From the IMG/VR virus record IMGVR_UViG_3300028883_000036, positions 32,001-96,000 of that record: 64,000 bases of DNA; one strand, 5' to 3'. The position numbers were made by a program, and so were the translations under genes. The notes beneath the pieces are model-generated. The model searched no databases and was not told the DNA's origin. It worked only from the letters and a program-made list of their open reading frames with translations. Below, piece by piece: positions 49,070 through 57,094 of the stretch. This DNA comes from a virus. Within the stretch, counting starts at the first letter, position 1. Every line of letters begins with the position of its first letter.

Positions 49070-50338
49070 CTAGCTTGCTTGAGTATTTGTTGTTAATTCA
49101 CTAGAACTCATTTGTTGATTAGGTGGATCAGTAGTTCCCCCACCATCACCATTTTCTTTATGAGTATGAGAATTATACACTGAAGCAGCAGTAGCATTCA
49201 TTATTTTCTTTAATGATCCTTGATTAGCAAGATTTACTGTTCCTGTTAAATTTATTGTAGGAGCAGTAACAGTAGTAGTACCATCTGATGTAATATTAGC
49301 TGCTCCTGTTACAGTAATATTTAATGCACCACCAATATCTTCTGTTTTATTACCACCAATATCTTCTGTTTTATTACCATCAATATCTTCTGTTTTATTA
49401 CCATCAATATCTTCTGTTTTATTACCACCAATATCTTCTGTTTTATTACCACCAATAGTTTGACTCATGTTATTTGTAATTTGTTCTTCTTTGCTACCAT
49501 TTATTTCTATAGTTTCATCTTCAGCTATTCTCTTTTTTGATCCTGCATCTATAGTAAGATTTCTTTGTTGTTTAATATGAATGTTTTTACCTTCAGCAAT
49601 TATTTCATATTTTTCTCCATCATTTTTAACAACCATATTTCCATTATTATCAATTTCAATAAAACTATTAGATGGATGATAAAGATGTAATCTAGTAGAA
49701 CCAGGAGTTGAATCTAATTCAATTGTTATTCCACCATGAGTAGCAATAACATGATTATGAGGATATTGTGAATTATAAGGTGAAATGGGTTCCGACCAAC
49801 TACCACCCAAAGCTGTTGGAACACCTAAATCTCTTTCATTATTTTTTGTTGTTACTAAAGTTTCTTTTGATATTCCTCTTGATAATCTATGAAAATCAGG
49901 TTCACCTAATCTACCATTAACAGGATATTGCCCATCAGGATCTTTAAAGCCATCACTTTTATTTGTTTCTCTATTATTATTTGAATATTGTTCCTTTGAT
50001 TCAGGTATTCCTGGCAAAGAAGCAAAATATCTTGGTTCAGAAGGATTAGAATTTTCAAAAAATACCATTACTTGTGACCCTTGTAATGGAACAGCCCATG
50101 AACCAAATCCACTTATAGATCCTTCATGAATAGGCATACAAGGTTCAGCCCAAGGTAATTCATCTGTTGGTATACCTTCTATATCATTCTTTGTAATCTT
50201 TGGTGTATGTAATCCATGTATTCTTATTCTAACTCTACCTGCTTTTAATGGATCTTTATTATCTTCAACAACACCACGATAAAAACCAGTTAAATTTTCA
50301 ATATTAATTCTTAAATCTTTTGGTGGATTTTTAAGCAT
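49070..50338 (-). CDS. gp5: Baseplate central spike gp5-like (no lysozyme domain)
   Basis: GVVEDNKDPLKAGRVRIRIHGLH, LPWA, YPHNHV, 8-aa beta-helix repeats and an HTH apex motif (YNSHTH). Confidence 0.88.
   Translation of the reverse strand: MLKNPPKDLRINIENLTGFYRGVVEDNKDPLKAGRVRIRIHGLHTPKITKNDIEGIPTDELPWAEPCMPIHEGSISGFGSWAVPLQGSQVMVFFENSNPSEPRYFASLPGIPESKEQYSNNNRETNKSDGFKDPDGQYPVNGRLGEPDFHRLSRGISKETLVTTKNNERDLGVPTALGGSWSEPISPYNSQYPHNHVIATHGGITIELDSTPGSTRLHLYHPSNSFIEIDNNGNMVVKNDGEKYEIIAEGKNIHIKQQRNLTIDAGSKKRIAEDETIEINGSKEEQITNNMSQTIGGNKTEDIGGNKTEDIDGNKTEDIDGNKTEDIGGNKTEDIGGALNITVTGAANITSDGTTTVTAPTINLTGTVNLANQGSLKKIMNATAASVYNSHTHKENGDGGGTTDPPNQQMSSSELTTNTQAS
49330..49456. repeat. 24-bp tandem repeat encoding (G/D)GNKTEDI beta-helix
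   Basis: Five copies of CAATATCTTCTGTTTTATTACCA(C/T). Confidence 0.9.
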
Positions 50339-50346
50339 TATTACTC

Positions 50347-51666
50347 CTATTTACTTAATATTCTTATTTGTTGAATATCTCCTTCTTGACGTATATTTGT
50401 TATTTTTGATTTATATAAAATTTTACTATCAATATTTGTATATGCATTTTTAATTAAAACTAATCTTTGCCTATATGGATATGTACTACCTGGATCAAAT
50501 GAATGAGTGACACTTTTTATTAAATATTTACCTTCAAGCAAATCGTTATAAGCTACATAATCTCCTTTATTTCTAAATGCACTAGGCCAAGCTATCTGTA
50601 TTTGCTGTCCTGCAAATCTTTTTTCATGTCCTTCAACAATTAAATTTACAATAAATTGCATATTATATCTTTTTGACCAATCATTATAAGCTATATTATC
50701 AAGAAGAAAATCATCATTCCCACCAACAATAACATTTGATGATAAAACATCATCCATTTGATTATATAAAGTTTTACTGCCTAGCATAACAGTATTATCA
50801 GCCCCATCTGAATATACATATTCATGATTTAATAATTTCTTTGTATTAAAATCATATCCTTTCCATACTCCACCTCTTAAAACTGAATTTGAATTTCTAT
50901 CAAGCCCACTCATCCACCATTCAAGGATCTTATTTTCAGCAGATACTTCTGCTTTATCAAATGAATATTTTATAGGATCATATGTTTTTCCTAAATCATA
51001 TAACAAGTAATTCATTGTAACAAGATTATGACTAATTCCTTTATCTGTATTATTAAAACATAAATACCCACTTGTTCCTGAATCTTTCCCCTTTGCCCTT
51101 CTCATTAACCATCTCATAGCTGTTTGAGGATTCCAATAGGGAATAATAAAATCTGTTTTATTACTACTTTCTTCTACATTAAAAACTCTACCAGCTTGTT
51201 TAAAAAATACCATATTATTCAATATATCTTTCATTATATCAGAATAATATTTATCACTCCAACTTCTACTATATTTTCTTAAAGAAAAACCAGTATAAAA
51301 TGGATCAACAAAATTCATAGTAATAAGATTATCACTTTCTTCTCTCATACCTGAACCTGTTTGTTGAATCTTACCAACTTTCCATATGTCAAAAATTAAT
51401 TCTCTATTCTTTTGTTTTCCATCTTTCCCAACAGAATATATAATAGCTAACTTTTCATTTCCTGTAAATGGGCCATATTGCATTATATTATATCTATCAT
51501 TTATAGTAATAGTTCCAGTAAGACAGAACTTAAATATATCTTCTATAAAATATAATTTATTAATATCTGCATTGTTTAAAACAATAGGTTGTTTTTCTGT
51601 AATTAACAATACACTAAAAATATTTTTTTTAAGTTCTACCTTTCCTTTATCATAATCTGTTTGCAT
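50347..51666 (-). CDS. Baseplate hub (gp27-like) protein
   Basis: IEDIF ... GTITIND, FIIPYWNP and GKYLIKSVTH; located between gp53 and gp5. Confidence 0.7.
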   Translation of the reverse strand: MQTDYDKGKVELKKNIFSVLLITEKQPIVLNNADINKLYFIEDIFKFCLTGTITINDRYNIMQYGPFTGNEKLAIIYSVGKDGKQKNRELIFDIWKVGKIQQTGSGMREESDNLITMNFVDPFYTGFSLRKYSRSWSDKYYSDIMKDILNNMVFFKQAGRVFNVEESSNKTDFIIPYWNPQTAMRWLMRRAKGKDSGTSGYLCFNNTDKGISHNLVTMNYLLYDLGKTYDPIKYSFDKAEVSAENKILEWWMSGLDRNSNSVLRGGVWKGYDFNTKKLLNHEYVYSDGADNTVMLGSKTLYNQMDDVLSSNVIVGGNDDFLLDNIAYNDWSKRYNMQFIVNLIVEGHEKRFAGQQIQIAWPSAFRNKGDYVAYNDLLEGKYLIKSVTHSFDPGSTYPYRQRLVLIKNAYTNIDSKILYKSKITNIRQEGDIQQIRILSK

Positions 51667-51667
51667 A

Positions 51668-52054
51668 TTATTCTTCCGCTATTTTTTCAAGATCTGTTAT
51701 TAATTGATATACATAATCATCTCTCAAAACATTTAATAAATCACCATCTTCAAGTTCTTCAAATGGATTTGAAATATTATTTAATAGTGCTATAACCCAC
51801 CATAAATAAGGAGTATTATAAAGATTATAAGAAACATTATCCCAATATTCACCATTTGATACTTCATATGTTTCAAAAAATGAAATATCACTAAGAATAT
51901 CTTCATTAACTATATAACTTCTAAAAATATTCATAAATTTAGTTTCTCTATCTTCATCTAATAAAATATTAAATAATCTTAAAAAACTAAATGAATTTCT
52001 TTCAACACCCGTTAATTCAAAAAAACTTTTAGTAGTGTATTCAGTTACAGACAT
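51668..52054 (-). CDS. gp53: Baseplate wedge gp53-like (LysM-like)
   Basis: YEVSNGEYWDNVSYNLYNTPYLWWVIALLNNISNPF. Confidence 0.85.
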   Translation of the reverse strand: MSVTEYTTKSFFELTGVERNSFSFLRLFNILLDEDRETKFMNIFRSYIVNEDILSDISFFETYEVSNGEYWDNVSYNLYNTPYLWWVIALLNNISNPFEELEDGDLLNVLRDDYVYQLITDLEKIAEE

Positions 52055-52063
52055 ATTATCTCC

Positions 52064-52381
52064 TTACCTTAAATCTATAGTTTTACCACAATGAGGACAA
52101 ACAATTCCTTTATTATGCCCTTGTCTTCCTCTACCACCATGAGGATGAGCAGTAGTATAAGCCATCACACCATCTTCAGATTCCATGATACCTTCATCAA
52201 ATTCAAATATAATATTACCTTCAGAATCTCTTATAAGCATCTTATCCATTTTCTTCTTATATATTACTTGATTTTTTTTAGCTGTATCAATTGATTTAAA
52301 AAATACATTATCAATAGTATCTACAGGTTTATAAGTAGCTTTCCTATTTAAATATTTTTCCATTTTTTCTTGTGTATTCAT
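52064..52381 (-). CDS. Hypothetical protein with C-terminal CPHC
   Basis: G-rich RBS; late promoter upstream. Confidence 0.6.
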   Translation of the reverse strand: MNTQEKMEKYLNRKATYKPVDTIDNVFFKSIDTAKKNQVIYKKKMDKMLIRDSEGNIIFEFDEGIMESEDGVMAYTTAHPHGGRGRQGHNKGIVCPHCGKTIDLR

Positions 52382-52430
52382 AATACCCCCCTTTGAACAT
52401 AGATATCCTACATTAATTATATCTAATTAT

Positions 52431-52438
52431 TATTTATA
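52431..52438 (-). promoter_or_regulatory. T4-type late promoter TATAAATA
   Basis: Intergenic consensus upstream of the baseplate operon; gp55 is present in the window. Confidence 0.7.
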
Positions 52439-52459
52439 TATTTTAGGGAGATTTTAAAA

Positions 52460-52510
52460 GAAAAAGAAAAAGAAAAAGAAAAAAGGGGAGATGCTTGGCA
52501 TCCCCCCCTT
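52460..52510 (-). terminator. Rho-independent terminator
   Basis: Minus strand GGGGGGATGC-CAA-GCATCTCCCC followed by a long T-rich run. Confidence 0.85.
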
Positions 52511-52575
52511 AACTAAAAGGAGTCAAAATAAAACTATAATTATAATCTTATCTTAACAAAGGAAAACATAAAAAA

Positions 52576-52731
52576 TTAATTACATTTTGTAGAAAAAATA
52601 TCTTGATTTTCACCTGAAGCAAAAATATCAGATTGACTACCTGTATTCCAAGCTTCTTCTGAAGATTGTTCTATATCTTCAGGATCAATCAAAAAATCAT
52701 CATCTCCAAAAAAATCGTCAAATGGCATCAT
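52576..52731 (-). CDS. Small highly acidic protein (51 aa, not in the ORF track)
   Basis: Manual translation MMPFDDFFGDDDFLIDPEDIEQSSEEAWNTGSQSDIFASGENQDIFSTKCN*; AAGGAG RBS; own promoter and terminator. Confidence 0.7.
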   Translation of the reverse strand: MMPFDDFFGDDDFLIDPEDIEQSSEEAWNTGSQSDIFASGENQDIFSTKCN

Positions 52732-52791
52732 TTTCTCCTTTTTGTTATAGATTATTAATCCAATATAAATAAACCATTAACTTATATTCAA

Positions 52792-52820
52792 ATCATATAT
52801 CATAAAAACGCTAATGTCAA
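52792..52820 (-). promoter_or_regulatory. Near-consensus sigma70 promoter
   Basis: Minus strand TTGACA-N17-TATGAT. Confidence 0.75.
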
Positions 52821-53476
52821 GTATTTTTTATCAATGGTTTAATAAAATCTTTAAAAACTCTCATATATTTTAAATGATAATCATCATTTGATCCTGCCGA
52901 TATATCATTTTTTGTACTATGAGCTATAAAATATGCATTTGGTTCAGGAACACCAATATAACCATTCGCAAAACATTTCAATAAAAATGCATAATCTAAT
53001 AATCTCTTATATTTATTATCAGTTACAAGCTTAACTTTTTCAATCACAGTCGATCTAAATAACGAATTCGAACTTATATAATTACCTTGAATTAACCTAT
53101 TAATATCATAAGGCATTGCTGGAAAACTAGCATTTATATGCCCCTTAAACTGAAATGATGCATAACAATACCCAATATTTGAATTCATATTATTCAATTT
53201 ATCATATAATTTGTCAAGTAAATTCCTACCAGCTTCAATATCACGATCAATCATCATATAGTAAGGTGGTAGCTTACCAAACTTATTTTTAAACCATTTA
53301 ATGCCCTCTATGGCATTTGTGGGTATGTTTTTATTACCTGCACTTGATATCCAATAAAAAGGAGTTTTATTCCTTTTTAATGTTTTTTTGGTATGCTTGC
53401 TTATATTATGATCTGGTAATAATGGAGTAACAACCAAAATTTGAGGATTTTTACATTCTTTAATAATATTAATCAT
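52817..53476 (-). CDS. GT2-like glycosyltransferase
   Basis: ILVVTP, MIDRD (DxD), NYISSNSLFR and KRLLDYAFLL motifs. Confidence 0.7.
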   Translation of the reverse strand: MINIIKECKNPQILVVTPLLPDHNISKHTKKTLKRNKTPFYWISSAGNKNIPTNAIEGIKWFKNKFGKLPPYYMMIDRDIEAGRNLLDKLYDKLNNMNSNIGYCYASFQFKGHINASFPAMPYDINRLIQGNYISSNSLFRSTVIEKVKLVTDNKYKRLLDYAFLLKCFANGYIGVPEPNAYFIAHSTKNDISAGSNDDYHLKYMRVFKDFIKPLIKNT

Positions 53477-53494
53477 AAAAGTACCATATCATAT

Positions 53495-53502
53495 TATTTA
53501 TA
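53495..53502 (-). promoter_or_regulatory. T4-type late promoter TATAAATA, nested in a possible TTTACA-N17-TATGGT sigma70 promoter
   Basis: Intergenic, about 20 nt upstream of the GT2-like gene. Confidence 0.55.
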
Positions 53503-53518
53503 AATTGTAAAGATTTTT

Positions 53519-54499
53519 TTATGGATTAGCATATGGAGAAGATGGTGGTGTAAAATCTACTCCTTGATATGCTGCATAATTTAATATTCTAAGTTCATCA
53601 ATATACATATCTATATTATTACTTCCATCACCATCAAATCCAATTCTTAATGGATCTCCATTATCATATATCGTTCCAGAAAATGCTACAGGTGAATTAT
53701 CTTTTGTTCCATTCCAATAGAAATATAAATTATTTCCATATCTCTCAAAAGCAAAATGTCTCCATGATGCTGCTCCAATATAATATGAACCACCAACATG
53801 AGTCCATGCACCAGCACCAGCAGTAGCTACAGCAAATGTTGGTCTTCCTGCTCCTTGTGTTTGAAGTTTTCCCCAACGATAAGAATTAGCAGTAATACTT
53901 TTACTTATAAAATGAGAATCACCAGGATAATCTACAAGACGCATCCAGCAATCAATAGTAAAATCTTTATCACCAAAAGCAAGTACTGAATGATGAGCAA
54001 CATCAAGCCAAGTATTTGCTGCTACATGACATGAATAACTTCCAAATTTAGACGTTCCAGACCTTACAGCACCATTTAAAGTTACACTATGACTATAATT
54101 TGATGAATCAGTCAATCCTACATCATCCATATGCATTAAAAGAATTATTTGTTCTGTTGCACTCTCACTACTTGAAGAACTTTTACTACTTGAGCTTGAA
54201 GATTCAGAGCTTGAACTTATAGAACTGCTACTTTCAGAGCTTGAACTTATAGAACTGCTACTTTCAGAGCTTGAACTTGAAGATTCAGAGCTTGAACTTA
54301 TAGAACTGCTACTTTCAGAGCTTGAACTTATAGAACTGCTACTTTCAGAGCTTGAACTTATAGAACTACTACTTTCAGAGCTTGAACTTATAGAACTGCT
54401 ACTTTCAGAGCTTGAACTTATAGAACTACTACTTGAACTACTTGAAGATGATCTTATAGTAATATAAAAAGCTAAATTTTGTTGTGATTTAAAACTCAT
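53519..54499 (-). CDS. Poly-Ser stalk plus LamG/ConA-like domain virion protein
   Basis: Short head, ~95 aa of Ser repeats, then LLMHMD, SKFG, DFTIDCW, WRHFAFER and YIDELRI. Confidence 0.78.
   Translation of the reverse strand: MSFKSQQNLAFYITIRSSSSSSSSSSISSSSESSSSISSSSESSSSISSSSESSSSISSSSESSSSISSSSESSSSSSESSSSISSSSESSSSISSSSESSSSSSKSSSSSESATEQIILLMHMDDVGLTDSSNYSHSVTLNGAVRSGTSKFGSYSCHVAANTWLDVAHHSVLAFGDKDFTIDCWMRLVDYPGDSHFISKSITANSYRWGKLQTQGAGRPTFAVATAGAGAWTHVGGSYYIGAASWRHFAFERYGNNLYFYWNGTKDNSPVAFSGTIYDNGDPLRIGFDGDGSNNIDMYIDELRILNYAAYQGVDFTPPSSPYANP
54203..54430. repeat. 30-bp tandem repeat encoding ESSSSISSSS
   Basis: Repeated AGAGCTTGAACTTATAGAACTGCTACTTTC units. Confidence 0.9.
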
Positions 54500-54501
54500 A
54501 T

Positions 54502-54621
54502 TTATCCTGTACTTGTAGAAGAACTAGAAACAGAACTAGAACTAGAACTTAAAGAACTTGAACTGCTTGAGCTACTTGAACTTGATGATCTAAATACTAT
54601 TTCATAATATAAATCTGCCAT
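54502..54621 (-). CDS. Poly-serine micro-protein (39 aa, not in the ORF track)
   Basis: Manual translation MADLYYEIVFR-S12-L-S6-V-S4-TSTG*; AGAGG RBS; fills the gap between neighbours exactly. Confidence 0.7.
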   Translation of the reverse strand: MADLYYEIVFRSSSSSSSSSSSSLSSSSSSVSSSSTSTG

Positions 54622-54628
54622 ATATCCT

Positions 54629-54937
54629 CTAACAAATATCTGTAACTAAAATTTTTGTGCAATGATTTGTGATATCACCATCATTTCTATGTATTTCCCA
54701 ATAAAGATCATATTCAGCAGCACTAGCTGTTATCGTTTGAGTTACTGTTGTCCATATTTGATTTTTATAAACTCTTGCAGCAGAACGTGAAACTAAAACA
54801 TTATCTTTTATAGACCCTTTAATTTGATAATAAGCACCAGAAGGATAAAAAGCTTCTCCTGTACTTCTATTCCATACATTTAATTGTACAGTAGACTTAT
54901 TATTTCTGCTTAATTCTATATATGTTTTGTCTGCCAT
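54629..54937 (-). CDS. Small beta-rich putative virion protein
   Basis: 102 aa with an Ig-like pattern, in the late operon. Confidence 0.55.
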   Translation of the reverse strand: MADKTYIELSRNNKSTVQLNVWNRSTGEAFYPSGAYYQIKGSIKDNVLVSRSAARVYKNQIWTTVTQTITASAAEYDLYWEIHRNDGDITNHCTKILVTDIC

Positions 54938-55440
54938 TATTTTTTCCTTTTAGTTTTTTTCTTTTTTCTAAATGTTATAGCTTTCTTAAATTTACTTAGT
55001 AAAGCTGTTGTTATTTTCTTACTAAAATCTTTCGAAAATGTTGATACAACTACTTTTTCTATATTATCAAATGGTATTTCTTCTAAATTTCTTATATAAT
55101 AATTAGGTTTAAAAAAATATCTTCTTATAGCTGGTTTTAAATATGGATATTTTGATATAACCTTTCTCCATGTAAATTTTATATTTCCTGATCTATCTAA
55201 TTCTTTCATCCATATCTTTAAAAATCTTTTTCTTTGTGCTCTTGGAATATAAGTAAAATTGATACATTGAAATATTCTCCATTGATGCCCTGAATTTTGA
55301 TGAATACCTTCTATAGATGCCATAAAAATTACAGTAGGTTTTGGATCATGTTCCCAAGCTTGATATTTAAATCTATAAAAATGACCTGAACGTAGAGCAA
55401 CACCTTTAAACTTCTTTCTATAAATATGTCTTAAAGCCAT
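54937..55440 (-). CDS. gp2: T4 gp2-like DNA end protector
   Basis: GHFYRFKY ... DPKP, CINFTYIP and KPAIRRY motifs. Confidence 0.65.
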   Translation of the reverse strand: MALRHIYRKKFKGVALRSGHFYRFKYQAWEHDPKPTVIFMASIEGIHQNSGHQWRIFQCINFTYIPRAQRKRFLKIWMKELDRSGNIKFTWRKVISKYPYLKPAIRRYFFKPNYYIRNLEEIPFDNIEKVVVSTFSKDFSKKITTALLSKFKKAITFRKKKKTKRKK

Positions 55441-55710
55441 TTATTTCATCCAATCTATTATTTGATTAACTGTACCTTGCCCACCAATTATATACTTTCC
55501 ATATGTATTAATTAATTTTTTAACTTTCTTTTTATCACCTTTTTTCATTGCCCATGAAACATTAGCAGTTATTTCCCCTTCTTTACCTTTCATTACTTTA
55601 GCAATTTGTTCTAATGCATCAGCAAGACTACTTTTATCATATTTAGAAGAATCAAATTTCATATTAGGAATATATTTGGCTTCACCTATATATTTTTCTA
55701 TTAAATCCAT
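55441..55710 (-). CDS. Putative head internal protein
   Basis: MDLIEKYIGEA leader. Confidence 0.55.
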   Translation of the reverse strand: MDLIEKYIGEAKYIPNMKFDSSKYDKSSLADALEQIAKVMKGKEGEITANVSWAMKKGDKKKVKKLINTYGKYIIGGQGTVNQIIDWMK

Positions 55711-55711
55711 A

Positions 55712-55999
55712 TTATTTTCCTAACCCTTTTATGATTTCTTTAGGTGAAGCATTAAGATATTTTGCTGATTTTAATGATTTATTTATCGCCTTTTTAATAT
55801 CATTAAAAAGAATTCCATAAACTTTATTATAATCTTTTATATCACCAAATGTAGAATATTCCAAAGGAAGTAATTTTTCTAATTGAGAAATAGCAATTCT
55901 CTTTTCACCCATTATCGCTCTTGTCATAGCATCAGCAACACCATTTACATTAGATGATGATTCATTTAATTTCAAATCAATCTTTTCCATTATATTCAT
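55712..55999 (-). CDS. Putative head internal protein (start revised to 55999)
   Basis: AAGGAG RBS before MNIMEKIDLKLNES. Confidence 0.55.
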   Translation of the reverse strand: MNIMEKIDLKLNESSSNVNGVADAMTRAIMGEKRIAISQLEKLLPLEYSTFGDIKDYNKVYGILFNDIKKAINKSLKSAKYLNASPKEIIKGLGK

Positions 56000-56038
56000 A
56001 TCAATTCTCCTTACTAAATTCATTTATTTAATCTAATC

Positions 56039-56314
56039 TTATTGCATTCTTTTATATTCAATTAACATAGTACGAACAGCATCAATATATCTAATAATTG
56101 CTTGACTCATATTTGATTTATCTCTATTATAATCCAAATCGCTTATCATAGATGTTCCACCAACAATATCTTCCATTTTTTCTATTTCTTTACTAATGTT
56201 ACTAGTTATTTTATTAAATTCTTTTGATTTTTTTATAAGATCATTAAAATTACGTTCCAATCCACTTACATTAGCTTCATTTAATTTTAAATCAATCTTT
56301 TCCATTAAATCCAT
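56039..56314 (-). CDS. Putative head internal protein (start revised to 56314)
   Basis: AAGGAG RBS before MDLMEKIDLKLNEA. Confidence 0.55.
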   Translation of the reverse strand: MDLMEKIDLKLNEANVSGLERNFNDLIKKSKEFNKITSNISKEIEKMEDIVGGTSMISDLDYNRDKSNMSQAIIRYIDAVRTMLIEYKRMQ

Positions 56315-56328
56315 ATCAATTCTCCTTA

Positions 56329-56610
56329 TTAAACAAAATTCCAAACTTGTCCTTGACCAGCTTTAAATTCATCTATTTCATCAGAATCTTCAAGTTCCAT
56401 TTCTTTCTTAACTCCTGCAAAATGACCTTCAGCATTAGTACCAGCAAGACTAATATAATCATCACCAAATAATGCTTCTACTCTATCTCCTGGTCTAAAA
56501 TCCCCCCACCAATTTAAAAATTGAATTGGTCTTGTTCCATCAACCATATCCCCTTTTACATATGTTTCAGACACAAACATATCTAATTTTTTTAATAATT
56601 CATCTCCCAT
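56329..56610 (-). CDS. Hypothetical protein (possible internal protein)
   Basis: AGGAG RBS; MGDELLKKLDMFVSE leader. Confidence 0.55.
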   Translation of the reverse strand: MGDELLKKLDMFVSETYVKGDMVDGTRPIQFLNWWGDFRPGDRVEALFGDDYISLAGTNAEGHFAGVKKEMELEDSDEIDEFKAGQGQVWNFV

Positions 56611-56620
56611 TTTTATCTCC

Positions 56621-57049
56621 TTATTTATTTAGCCATTCTTTATGATTATCAGGATCAATATAACCTTTAATTTTCATTACGACTGATGTTAAATAATCCC
56701 ATTTATCCATTTCTGTATTAAAATTAAATTTTCCCCATCCTGCTATACTAATTTTATCTTTTGTTAAATTAATAATATGTTTATCAGAAAATATATTAGG
56801 TATTCTCTTATTCAATTCTTTTTTTATATCTTTTCTATATTCACTCCATCCTTTATCAGTACTCAAATTATATTTACTTAATTTTATACTCTTTAAAGCA
56901 TCACTAACTTTTTTATAATAATCAGTTTCAGATTTTACAGTTTCTTTATATTCTTTCTTTTTATTTCCTTCTAATTTATCATAAATTTGTTTTCTTTTTC
57001 TATTTCTACCAAATATATCTTCACATAAATATTTATCTATTAAATTCAT
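56621..57049 (-). CDS. Putative head internal protein
   Basis: MNLIDKYLCED leader. Confidence 0.55.
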   Translation of the reverse strand: MNLIDKYLCEDIFGRNRKRKQIYDKLEGNKKKEYKETVKSETDYYKKVSDALKSIKLSKYNLSTDKGWSEYRKDIKKELNKRIPNIFSDKHIINLTKDKISIAGWGKFNFNTEMDKWDYLTSVVMKIKGYIDPDNHKEWLNK

Positions 57050-57094
57050 AATCTATTTTCCATTTATTTAATATTACCAAATAACTTTTAAATC

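Noticed and set aside
52764-52771. Plus-strand TATAAATA
   Set aside because: There is no plus-strand gene downstream, and the octamer is expected by chance at this AT content.
33052-54430. Tandem repeats (15, 24 and 30 bp) as a possible CRISPR array
   Set aside because: There are no unique spacers, unit lengths are multiples of 3, and all lie in-frame inside coding genes.
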